A DNA stretch of 64,000 nt from Ascidiella aspersa (lineage: Eukaryota): contig OZ004611.1 in NCBI GenBank assembly GCA_963924565.1, positions 2,604,001 to 2,668,000 on the forward strand, in the 5' to 3' direction. A program made the translations under genes and the position numbers. This document shows positions 21,262 through 33,400 of this stretch, in pieces (the stretch's first letter is position 1; each line of letters begins with the position of its first letter). The notes below the pieces were generated by a model. The model searched no databases, was not told the DNA's origin, and saw only the letters and a list, made by a program, of their open reading frames with translations.

Positions 21262-23650
21262 CACTGGTAAAAAATTTTACAGTAAAAAACACTGGCAGCA
21301 GTTTTTACGGACCCTAACGTATTTTTTACATCACTTTACCGTAAATGTTTTTACTGTTTTATTCAGTAAAATAACAGGTTAAAGCACTGTACATTTACTG
21401 GATTTAATCAGTTAATATTTACGTGTTTTTTACCTGTTACTATTTACGGTAAAAACCCTAGTTAATTTACGTAAGCCACTGGCAACAGTTTTTACGATTC
21501 AAACGTATTTTTATTATACTGCGCAATAGACAGTAAAAGTCATACACCGTGAAAGTTGTACACAGTAACAAATGCGAAATACACAACACAACTGTCCACA
21601 TAATGCTGCTGTGGTTACACAGTTTGATCACTTGTCTTGCATCTTGCGACCCAAAGTTAAAACTTTAGGATGTACTGCCATGGTTCTTCTCTTTTTACTT
21701 TCACCTTTTGTTTCCGGTATGTTGATTTTTGCAAAGTATTTGAAAAAGATTAGATGCCTATCAATCGAAGCAAAGATTTTTCTGAGTTTTTTAGAAAAAA
21801 ATCGTTTTACCTAGGTAGTGTTTTTTATTTTTTTTCACCTGGAGAACACCCCTTTATGAACTTTTATAACATACCCTTGAATGAAATCCGTTTTAATTGC
21901 CTTTGGAGGATACTCCATATTAAAAGTGCAAAAAAGAAATCAGCCCATGAGGCAATGTAGACCTTTTTCACTGTAACTTTATACTGTTTGGTAGCAGCTG
22001 ATGTATCCCCTGAAAACAGATACAATTGTCATACTTAAAAAAAAAACAACAGATAAAAAACTCTAAACTATTGGTGAGCTATTATCTAAAACAACATATT
22101 TTTGCAGCAAAAAGTACAAAACCTCTAGTGGTTTGCAAAATTCGTTAATGGTGACAATTAATTCACAGTACAAAAAAACCTTTAATCATCTATTAAAATA
22201 TATATATTACAGTGTGCTTACCTACCAATGATTATAATGCATGGATTCAAGAAGCTGCGATCACCCTTTAAATACAAAAACAGGTAGCTCTTATGTTTCT
22301 TTTTTTTATTTTTTACAGTGGGCTTTAAATATGGTACTGTTCTCATCCTTTTTGTCTTTGTGGTCACACTATGTCTTAATGATCATTTTAATTATATAAG
22401 CAAGCAGGCTAAAAAGGACAATAATTGGCACAAAAAACACCCCCTTATATTAAATAATAAGTTGTCTGGCCACTGTATGGTCATCTTTGCTCTATTTTGG
22501 GTCTGTGCAAACCTCTTCAAACAAGGGTCACATTGGCATGGGGGGAAATGTTAAGGGAGTCAATTGTTAGAAAATATTGTTCCATGGAGTCTTTAAACAA
22601 ACTTATGTATTATATATTAAAACTTATGTATTATATATTAAACTGTGACCCATTTTAGTTGTTTTTTTTTTGGCAAAGTTTGTTGCACACAATTAACCTT
22701 TTTTGAAAATAATTGTGTGTGGATGGACAGAATTACTTGGTTGGCCACACACTGTACAACCAATAAATCAAGTCTACTGTGGGTAATGTCAATAACACAA
22801 TTTTGAGATTGGTATTTTTTCAGCATTCTGTCTGTCATGTATTTTCTATTGTTAAATCTTGCACGACAACAATCATACATAATTATTTTAGTCTTCACCT
22901 CATTTGTAAAAGCGTCCAGTATATTGGTGAATTGGTGTTTTGATGACATCGAGATAAGTGCGAAAAAAATGAAGAAAGGACTGTATATTGCTTGGTACAG
23001 TTTTGCATAGGACAGCGAATTTTATATCCTTTTCGAAGATGCTGCTTTAAGTGCTGAATAACTTGTTTCATTGAACCAAACTTTGCTTTACAAATTTCTA
23101 ATGAACATTTAAAACTACCAATATCTGACATTTTTATATAAGACTGCATATTGAAAAAACAAACAGCATTAACATATTAGTACTATAGTAAATATCCTAT
23201 TGTAATTTGAACTTAAATACTTACATTGTACTCTTTCAGTTCAAATTACCTAACCCAATACCTTGCTGTCAACACAAACCACCATGTTATGAATGTCTGT
23301 TGGTCAGCAGCGTACTTATGTCACAGCCACACCTACCTTATGTTGAATGGCAGTCATAATGTAATTAGTAGATATAAATGTTAACTTTATTTTCATACGA
23401 TAACAGCGCTATTAAATTAGACGCAATTAAGCCTTTCCTAAACAAATGTAAAAACGGTCGCAGTTGACAGTTGACACTCTCTAAGTCGCACAAATCGTTA
23501 AGAGAAAAGAAAAAAATGATTTCGAGGCTTGTGATTGGTTGCCTGTCGGGATCGAGAATAACATGCTCGATTAACGGGTAATATTAACGTAAATTGTGCT
23601 AACGGTTGAGAACCGTAAATAAATACGGCGATTTTTAAGTAAAATTGTAC
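21262..23650 (-). mobile_element. Degenerate CACTA/EnSpm (CMC)-like DNA transposon
   Basis: Starts CACTGGTAAAAAA with TTTTTACGG-type subterminal repeats and is absent at the paralogous site (about 36003). Carries a double C2H2 zinc-finger ORF remnant (22895-23149) and an exon remnant FNMEYPPKAIKTDFIQ (about 21875-21930). The resemblance to animal EnSpm proteins is from recall. The second terminus was not found. Confidence 0.6.
22895..23149 (-). pseudogene. C2H2 zinc-finger fragment, probably the transposase N-terminus
   Basis: CSLEIC...HLKQH and CPMQNC...HLSRCH; frameshifts into ORF 22638-22949. Confidence 0.55.
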
Positions 23651-23741
23651 ATAATAATAATAATAATACACCGAAAAGCCATTGCAGACTCACCGAATCT
23701 GTCGATCAACGATGCAAGCAGAGCAGACTAGAAAAACAACT

Positions 23742-23816
23742 AGCCTGCAGTGAGGTTCGAACTCACGACCTCCGGTCAAGCCGGGACCGTCGCTCTACCA
23801 ACTGAGCTATGCAGGC
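23742..23816 (-). tRNA. tRNA-like element (pseudo-tRNA or SINE head) with an aberrant anticodon arm
   Basis: Minus strand: GCCTGCA-TA-GCTCAGTTGGTAGAGC-G-ACGGT CCCGGCTTG ACCGG-AGGTC-GTGAG TTCGAAC CTCAC-TGCAGGC. Acceptor, D and T stems are perfect, A and B boxes are present, and a T5 terminator lies at 23736-23732. Confidence 0.75.
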
Positions 23817-23952
23817 TCAGAAGGGAACGAGTCGAGAAACAACCATACGCCAATGCTTGCTCAATCTGTTAGTACAAGCAGCTTCATAACGAAGGGGATC
23901 GCCAGTATCATATCATAATACAATGAAACATATGTACACACATATATGTGTG

Positions 23953-25967
23953 TGTAGCGTATCAGCGTCTGTATTTGTTATTTACAGTACTGTGTTTATT
24001 GTGCGTGTGCTAAAGTCTTTCTGGCGTGTTTCCTGTGCGCTGCATCCTGCTAGTTAACTGGCCAGTTTTAATCCTCAACGCATTCGCTTTGAATGCAACG
24101 TTAGTCAAAGTGTCCTTTCTACTGCACTACAGTCAACAGATGCATGCCTTACTTGTGAGACGTGTTTGCGAACTATGCTGAATTATGTGAATGTACAATA
24201 AATCTATAAGCGACCTGACAGTATGCTCCTTAAATTACAATGGCAGTTTGTTTTAGTTTCGATTTAGTGGAGTCAGATAGCACGGTGGTCATGTCTCACC
24301 TGTTGAAATATACATTGGTGACCCCGACGTGATATGAACACGCAATTAAACCCTTCTGATTTAAATTTTATGCATACTGTCAGGTTGCATAGAAAGTATG
24401 TATTCATTTGGTTTGCTAGCGCAGTTTTTCGCTTGTAAGTATTTTTAAGCTACGCCGATCAGTTATGATTTGTTAAAACGTTTGTTAACAAGTGTATGCC
24501 AGCGTTATTGCTTGTTAAATTGATATTTCATTAGCCGTAATGCAGAGAAAAATCGTTTGACGCTTTAAATTAGTGGTTACGCAAGACTGTTATAGTTATT
24601 GTTGCGAAATTATGGCCCTTTTTTGGTAAAGTTTTAAAGGTGAAAATATTACGATCGAGGTTGAACACCTCTCGTGATATCTAATCTCAAAACCAATAAA
24701 CGGATAGATTCTATCTCAACCAGCACTTACAGAAGTCGTTACTTCGAAAGTGTCAAGGCCACTGCGGCTACTGTCTCTGATCACGTGTTATGGTGATTGA
24801 TCTTTTATATCTCACCCAAAATAACCTGATCACTTTGTCTGAAATTCCTGCGTCACTTAACCGTTATGATTTATAAGAAGGAAAACAGAGCAGAAGGCCA
24901 AACCTTGTTGCCAATTCCCAACATAACGCGAGATTTATCTCATTTTGTGACTGCAAGCGAAAATGCTCTGGGTATTATAAACCCATGATTGCTAAGGCCT
25001 TTGATGCCTCATTTACCTTTCAGACGGTGTGAGATAACCGTCATATAGCCCACATGAAGTTACTAGCATGCAGAGAGTAACTTTCTAGAATAACCTTTTG
25101 CGCCAAGGTTATTATGTCTGCTTTAGGGAACCCATCTAATGTGGACTAGGCGATGTAATTTGTTTTCGCGTTTTTGAGATTAGCACCTTGCCCCTTTTAA
25201 TTGGTATTCTAGAGCAAAAGACTCTAAGCAACTAACTTCAGTTTTGCGATTTGAAATTAGAATTGCGTTTTAAGACGATCATTTTCTGCATTATAGGCTA
25301 TTCAAAAGTGTTTTGCATTGTTGTTTATTGTGCCTTTCAAGTACCATTTCAGACGTTACATCGTGTCGTACAACCAGCTACCCCTGGAGTTGTTCGTGGG
25401 CCGCCAAGACAAGGAATTCATGAACCCTCTTCGCTCTATTGAACACCACGGTTCCCAACACGTGCTGTTTCCATATTGCACAAATGTCCGACGTTCTGCG
25501 TTTGTTGGTCGACTTCTGATCGGATCCTGGGAAGATTTTAAAGAAGAAGCGCGGCTCAACGAACTGCTAGGAACTTTTTTTGTGTTCCTGGGGGAAGGCG
25601 GATGGTGTAGCGTATCAGCGTCTGTATTTGTTATTTACAGTACTGTGTTTATTGTGCGTGTGCTAAAGTCTTTCTGGCGTGTTTCCTGTGCGCTGCATCC
25701 TGCTAGTTAACTGGCCAGTTTTAATCCTCAACGCATTCGCTTTGAATGCAACGTTAGTCAAAGTGTCCTTTCTACTGCACTACAGTCAACAGATGCATGC
25801 CTTACTTGTGAGACGTGTTTGCGAACTATGCTGAATTATGTGAATGTACAATAAATCTATAAGCGACCTGACAGTATGCTCCTTAAATTACAATGGCAGT
25901 TTGTTTTAGTTTCGATTTAGTGGAGTCAGATAGCACGGTGGTCATGTCTCACCTGTTGAAATATACA
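23953..25967 (+). mobile_element. Non-autonomous LTR retroelement (2015 bp), tRNA-Trp primed, likely dependent on a Gypsy-type partner
   Basis: 362-bp TG...CA LTRs at 23953-24314 and 25606-25967, identical by eye. PBS TGGTGACCCCGACGTGAT at 24316-24333; PPT at 25590-25605; 4-bp TSD TGTG; no gag/pol ORF. Confidence 0.93.
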
Positions 25968-26114
25968 TGTGCTTACAACTGAGATCTAGCCCTTCTGAAG
26001 CTGCTTTTTGACCAACGATAACGGCTTACGTATTATTAGTACACCGAAAAGCGTAAGCCGTTATCGTTGGTCAAAAAGCAGCTTCAGAAGGGCTAGATCT
26101 CAGTTGTAAGCACA
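25968..26114. repeat. Perfect inverted repeat with 63-bp arms and a 21-bp spacer
   Basis: 25968-26030 is the reverse complement of 26052-26114. A partial dispersed copy lies at about 59582-59646. Confidence 0.9.
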
Positions 26115-26268
26115 CATATATGTGTGTACATATGTTTCATTGTATAATAATAATAATTCACACTTATACATAATAATTCACACTTATATTTTTAAATTAC
26201 ACACAGCTGCACAACTATCAATTTTTGCAGTGGGAGAAACTGCTATTATTCTTAACTTTGCCTCAAGG

Positions 26269-26912
26269 CAGCGTGGTCCAACTTCTTTTCATCGCTGGCC
26301 AAAAACAATTTTTTTTTATCTTACGGGCCAATGTTTTTAAATAGCGATTCTTAGGCTTATTGCTGGCAAACTACACATAGTCTATGGCAGTGGTTTTTAA
26401 CCTTTTTTCAGCGGCACCTTCTTTGGTAATTTTCCAATGCCTTTCGCTCCCCTACGGAAAGCAATTCGAAATTTTCAATTAAATATCACTTATAGACAAT
26501 TTGAAAATACTAAAGCGTGTTGATGGTCGTGCAAAGCACGAAAACTTTTTTAGTTTAATTGGCGCTAAACTGTAAACTCAGGAGGCTTTTCACATTGACC
26601 ATACAACAAATTGCTCGTCCTTGACACAATGATTTAAACAGTACGTTATCTTGTTTCAAAAGATCAGCAGGTTAAGAACCAATGGCCTATGGAATATATA
26701 CTAACTTTATGAAATGTACACCTTTGTTCAGCCACGGTAGTTATGAAATCACAAAGGATCATTTACTAAGTTTTTTTAGTAAATTACAATAACAAAAATT
26801 GAAGTGATTTGCTTCTTCTAGATTGAAGCAAAGCTAACTATCAGTTCGCGGGCCAAAAAAACGAAGCTGGCGGGCCAACTTTGGCCCGCGGGCCTGCAGT
26901 TGGACCACACTG
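26269..26912. mobile_element. hAT-type MITE containing a nested hAT MITE (26388-26684)
   Basis: Outer TIR CAGCGTGGTCCAACT/AGTTGGACCACACTG with TSD CCTCAAGG/CCTTAAGG. Inner TIR CAGTGGTTTTTAACC/GGTTAAGAACCAATG with TSD GTCTATGG/GCCTATGG. Confidence 0.8.
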
Positions 26913-29900
26913 CCTTAAGGAATCCTGTCAGACTTGTGATTCTAAAAGGCATTGAAGTAGGGAAATATAGCCTTTAAACACATTTTGTCATCCAAGAGGG
27001 TTAGATTTTAATCTTGTCTGAAACTGCAAACTAAAAACCAGGCTTTTGAAATTCAACTTTCAGAATTAGACACTTAAAAAAAACTTATGGTGCAAAAAGT
27101 TGTTAGTTGTAAGAGGTTCCTTGTCAATGTTTGTAAATGCTTCAAAAAGAAATTAATGGGTAAAACTCATTGTCAGACCAATAAATAAACTGAAAAGCTA
27201 AATTTATTCAAACAGCCATTTGGAACAAATTACTATGGTAATAATCACGTCATAATTCCCTATTGTAACATTATCTTATTCGTTTAGGCTTGTGTTTTTA
27301 ACCTATATTCAAATCATATATACTTGGGCCAACAGAATAAGCTTCTGGTAAAAATCTTAATGATTTAAATTTATTATAGTATCGTCGATAGCAAGCAGCA
27401 TAAAACCTGCTGAAAAGGTTCCACATCGTTTTTCGGGGCTCTTTCGTACTTTTCGTACGTAAAAAACAAAAATAAATAAATAAAAGGTACCGTCTACAAA
27501 TTATGCTCATTAGAATCATCATTTGGGTTAAGGTGCTAAGTAGCGTTTGTGTTTGGGTGGATCAAGAAATATTGTGTAAAATAAATATAATAATGCTTGG
27601 CCCACACACTATCAAACGCTAAACCTAACCCCAATATTGTGCGTAAGGCAGAATTTCTACCTTTTTTTTATAAATATTTTTTTTTGCTTTTTTGACGTAC
27701 CAAATTGAAGGTGCTCCCGTTTTTCTGCAATATTTTTTCCTATATACCTTTGTATTATGTTATTTCAGCTGTCAGATATTAATTAAAGTATGGACCAGTT
27801 AAAGATCCCTGTTTTGCATTGTCTCATCAGTCCCGCACCACCAATGTTGACTGGTTTAACAAAAAAAGAAACGTTTATAAAACTTTAAGTTTGTAAAATA
27901 CTGGCTAATCTGTAAAAGAACTGGGCGCTGGTCTAGAATCTTACCACATTTCTTGGTAGCAAAAGGTATAGTAGCGATTTGTTTTGTTGAAGTTGAAATT
28001 TCACAGGACACAGTAAAGCGGGTTATATTTTTGCACAAGTTCAAAGCATTCTTTCTATAAATTTACACACGGGGGTTATATTGCAAGTGGCGACAACTGG
28101 CATTTTTATCGCAGGTTAATGATCGTTAGCTTAATGCTTGACTTTAAATTTATGTAGTTTCACTTGTGCTACGTCTACCCCAATGATGAAACATCGCCTG
28201 AAAGAGCCATCCCTCTTCTTTACAGCGAGAGAACAAATAACCCCCTATATTATATATATGTATGATGCGCCGTCTAGCGGAACTTTAAGCGTACCCTATA
28301 CTATAAAATATTTTCGAATAGGTGCCAACACAAAAACTCCGGTCGAGTCTTTGGGTAGCCTTACTCTATTGCAAAAATGTAAGTATGATTGTTTAGCGCA
28401 TTATCCCTTCCTTATTGAGTCGGTCGTTTTTAAAAACGACTTGATTACAACACTGTCATAAGGTGATAATTTCCTGAACAACGCAACGCCCTTGTTTCTG
28501 GCTGGAGCGATGACAAAACAACGCGGGCGTATCGCTTCTTTTTTGTGTGTTTATTCGCATCCTACAAGTTGAACAAAGAATAAGATAAAATAAAAAGAGC
28601 ATAAAACGTAAGACGTAGTAAAAATCTAATATACGAGTAAACAATTGGAAACAACCTAAATATGCAAATTGTTGTGTATATGAACGTTTCAATCTCAAAT
28701 ATTGTTTGTTTTTCATGCCATTAAGAAAGGAAACAGTTGAAGTGTGCTGCAAGTCTGTCATCCTAAATGAGAACTTTCTTCTCGATAACGTCCCAAACCT
28801 GATGAAAAGTGTTATGGGAATTTTGCAGAAGGAGTAGAGCTTTTGCTTCACCGGTTTCCATAGGCGGGCTGCGTCACACGCTTCACACAGTCGGTAAATT
28901 CGGTCGCAGCCGTCACGTTGTTGTGTCTGTCTCGCGCGTCGTCCTTTTGAAGCGAGACGTAACCTAAGCACAGAGCGTGACTCGGCAGAGTTCCGGTCGG
29001 CGAAAAAAGGGACAAGGGAAAAAAGGAAAAGGGGAAATAGGCGGGCCAGCAATTGAGTGTTGTTGTAGTTTTCTTCAATTAGATTAGAATTGGCATTAAC
29101 GAATTCTTTTAAAAACGATTCTAACTGTTATGCTACTATTAATTATTTACAATCAATTTAATTTAAATCGAAATTGGTTGTAAAAAGAATGTAACGGTAC
29201 AAAAATATACGTGTCCCATTTTTTATGTCTTTTAGCATAGCATTTGCTTTTCAGACTGTAAAAATTACATAAGTCGTTCCAACCAGATTCTTCATTAAGA
29301 TCTTTGTTTTGACTGATAGACTAAAAATACCGTTTGACAAAGTAGCATTTTTGGTAAAATCCGAATTGATTAAAACTAGAATTGAAGCGCACAAGCAATT
29401 CATAAACTAGATTAGAATTTCACACAAGAAATTTACTAATAATTAGATCCGCATTTTGCTTTAATTAACGAGAAGTATCTAGTTGTCGTGCTCTTATCAC
29501 AAAAATACTCAACAATTTTAACATCCGACTTTCGTTTGGTTCAAAGGTAATTCGGATTTGTTTGAAACTATTTACTTCAGTAGAGCCCTTTAATTTGGCA
29601 ATCTGTGTGGAGAGTTTCATCTTGGTGTTTGCCTGTTTGCTTAACTGAAAAGGCCGTTGGACAAAAGTAGCATTTTTCAAAGTCCGAGTTCGATTAGAAC
29701 TAGAATTAGAGCACAAAAGCAATTCACAAACTAGATTAGAATTTTACACAAGCAATTCACTAATAATAAAATCCGCATTTCGCTCTAATTAATTCAATTA
29801 TAAAACTAGAATCTAGTTGACCAAGTTTTTTTTTACTCTTTTTTTTGTCTAACTAAAAGAAAATAAAGAAAGTAAGTGTAAAGTAAAGGGTAACAAGTCT

Positions 29901-30489
29901 CTTTGCGTCTCTACCTATTGCGTCATGCCCTTTTTTCGAGCAAAGCGTAACCACAGCATAGTGGCGCAACGTCGCGAAAAAAGGGGCCTAGGGAAAATAA
30001 AGAAAAAGGCGGTCCAGTCTAGTGGGATGGCGATTTGGCGAGTACACTTTATACACTGTCATGCTTTGTATTTTACAAACGATAAACAATCAGTAACTTC
30101 AAGTCCTGAATTACGCCAGGTATATTGGGAATTGTATTTGTCCGATATGCTTCGACATTTTTTTTGAAAAACCAAACAAATTCGTTTTAAACGTGTTTTG
30201 TGTATTTTAAACAAACACACTGATCTAATATTATGAAAAATGTCTTTTTTTGTCGAATGACCACAATAAAACCAACTGACTGAAACAATAAGTGCAACAA
30301 TATAGATATTTAGGCAAACTAATAAAAAGTAGCATTTATGCGTAGATTCGACTTTTCTTTCAAAAACTTTTCATTTTGCAATGATGAGTTTTTGATTCAC
30401 GAAGAAGAATTCAGCTAACGCCGTTTTTCAAAGACAAACATTTAACATTTAAAATAAAAATCTACGTTTCTACAACACACGATGTTAGT

Positions 30490-33400
30490 CTAAAGAGCCT
30501 TGATGAAAGCGAACGCGGAGAGAAGCATCGCCATCAGTGCAGTGTGCAGGTGGAACAAGCTAGCGCTGCCACCTGGAAAATAAGTCAAATATCACACAAA
30601 GCTTCCAAATGTTATAAAGTAAATGCACTGTAAGGTTCATGTTATAAAAACTGTATAGAATTCGGTGAGTAAAGCACGATTTTCAAATCGTTACCAATCA
30701 CTATTATTTATAAAGAAAATGCTTTTTCATAGCATGGTTTTCAGTCGACCATTTGTCATGAGTAGGGCAATTATTTTTGACCTATAAAATAAATAATTTT
30801 CACCTAAACAATTGAAATTTTGACAAATTTTGACCTGAAAATATATGTTTGTGACAAAATTTTGGCTTATTAGAAATACATTGATTTAAACAAGATTTTG
30901 TTGTTCTGAGTACTGCTGTAGTTTCTTGGCGTCTTTAACCACACATTTTAGATGCTCACTGATTTGTGGTTCACAAATTAAATATTCTTTTAAGATTGTG
31001 CACAACTCTTTAAAGACACTAATTATTCAAAAAAAATAATGTATAAAAAGTTGTAACAAATACTTCCTGAAAATGCAAAAACCTAGTTATCGAAATGGGA
31101 AATGGGATAATTGCAAATCAGAAGCGACAAAAAGACACATTAGGCCTACTGTTTAACACATATGTCCAAATCAGAGATACGAAACTATATAATGCTAAAA
31201 CGAAGTTCTAGCTAAACACTATGCGACAAACACGGAATGGGTGGTTAATTCTGCCAACAATGCCATATATATATATATTTTGACTGTTTTTGACAAGTTA
31301 AGCAATAATCGCCCTAGTCATAACTCTAATTATAAATTTCAATTTACATGTAGTGGTGGTGGTTGCAGTGGTGCTGCTTGCATCACAGGTGGGGGTGGCC
31401 ACATTGTAGTTGTTGGACAGAGTTCCGTCGCATTTGAGGGTCGCAGTAGTGGACGAGAGTGTGTAGCCGCTGTCGCAAGTGACGGTGACCTCTCCGTTAT
31501 AAGCGACAGTGCCGGTTGGAGCCACTGCGCCGTTGGTCACAATCAATGCCGAGCAGGTAATTGCTGGTTAAACAAAGAAACAAACAATACAAAAGTTAAA
31601 AGGTTAAATTTTTTATCTCAAATAATCCAAGTTTTCGTAACTGTGCCGGTATAGCCGCCGGTAGGAATAGTTGGGAAAGTTCCTTGGGTGAGGGTGGGTG
31701 AAGCGAGGCATGTGGCGGCTGAAAGGTGGAGCACAAAAGCGATTTCGAAGTTATCTTATAGTTTGCGCTGCCTGCTGGTTTCTTCAATTCAAATTACTTT
31801 TTGTGTAAATGGGTAAGAATGCCTAAATGCTAAACCGCTCCTTGTGTAGGTGCAGCGCTACATGTGACTGTTCTGCAGGTTTTAATATTCGTTCTACAAA
31901 ATAAATCAATTTAACTGTATGTTTTTGTGCGTTTATTTCAGTAGCAATTTGCTTAGAGTCAATCAAGACCAAAAATAAAGGGTAAATAAATATTTTTTAT
32001 GTGTCTGATAAGTTCGACACAAACAGCAAAACATTTTTATGAGTTTACCAGTGCATGTTGGCAGAGCAGCCGACCAGTTGTTGGTTTCTGTTCCGTCGCA
32101 TGTCAAGGCCGCTGTTCCAGATATCACATATCCAGCGTTGCAAGTAAAAGTGTGTGCTACGTTGTAAGCTGTAACTGCAGTTGTTCCGACTCCGTTGGCG
32201 ATGGAGGTGATCGCACAAGTTATAGCTGAAAATGCATATACTATCCATTGTGCGACGAGAATATTAATTTCGTTATATCTGTTGCTGAGCACGTGGCACG
32301 AAAAAGTTGGCGACTTCCGGGTTAAAAATCGACACAAGGTTTTAAATCCTAAATGTAAGCTAAAGCTCAAGCTAACGAATGCATGTTACGTTCGGTTTTA
32401 TATCACAAAAACTGACATCAGGGTTTTATATCACATTTTTATTCTGATTTGTTAGTTCTTTAATCTGAATTATGCGGTAAACTAAACACTAACGTTATGC
32501 GATGCAACCAATACATGATTGGGTGCGTGATTCAGTTAAAAGAAAATGATCAAAATCTAAACATGAACAGTAAACACCTAGCCATCTTGAAAATCACTAA
32601 TAACTTCAAATTGAAATCGCCATAGGGACGTTTAAAACAAATAACTGGTTGTTATCGTTAATAGGACATCGCCTAATAAAAAAGACCGATTATACGATCT
32701 ATTATTTGTATCTGCTTGTAGTAAAACAACTTACCAACACATGTTGGCAGAGCGGCCGACCAGTTGTCGGATTGTGTTCCGTCGCATGTCAAGGTCGCTG
32801 TTCCTGATATTTCATATCCAGCGTTGCATGTGAAGGTATGAGCTACGTTGTAAGCTGTAACTGCAGTTGTATCGACTCCGTTGGTGATGGAGGTTATCGC
32901 ACAGGTTATAGCTGAAAATACATACAATATCCATTGTGCGACGAGAATATTTATTTCTTACTCGCCAACTGTTGCTGAGCACGTGGCACGACAAAGTATG
33001 CCGGATGCGGCGCAAGTGGCGGCTGTTCGAAATAGAAAATAGATTGAACACACGCAAGCTAATCAAAGTTGCTGAATAGTTTGCCAGTGTTTGTTTTTTA
33101 ACTTTTCCTTCTGCCAGCGGCTTCCTTTGAAGTAACCAAATATATTTGACTGGCAAAATTATAAACACAATAATATTTAACGCCTACGATCGTGTTACAA
33201 ATGTACGAAAACTTGTATGAAAATGAACGATGTGCATAAATGCCCGTGCTTCCAGAATTAGAATTCTTTTATATTCGAATTAACATATGTATTCTGAGGA
33301 CTCACTACCATTTTATATAATTGCAGAATTCACAAACTTTCCAGAATTGCAAGTTGAATGGCATTTTGATAGTGTGTATAGTATTTGACGAATATTTCAC

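Larger units (their letters stand above)
20850..30030. repeat. Segmental duplication of the upstream region, paralogous to about 35593-41690
   Basis: Colinear blocks 20850-21260~35593-36003, 26150-27410~36005-36703, 27420-27600~38790-38990 and 28870-30030~39140-41690, each copy with private insertions. Confidence 0.85.

Noticed and set aside
23742-23816. Functional tRNA-Ala(GGC)
   Set aside because: Lacks U33 and purine 37, the arm geometry is abnormal, and the acceptor stem has no G3:U70 Ala determinant.
25318-25710. 130-aa ORF in the LTR element as gag or env
   Set aside because: Non-ATG start, runs through the PPT into the LTR, and has no retroelement motifs.
28456-29052. 198-aa ORF
   Set aside because: No recognisable motif, and it is not preserved in the paralogous duplicated region, which is interrupted and divergent.
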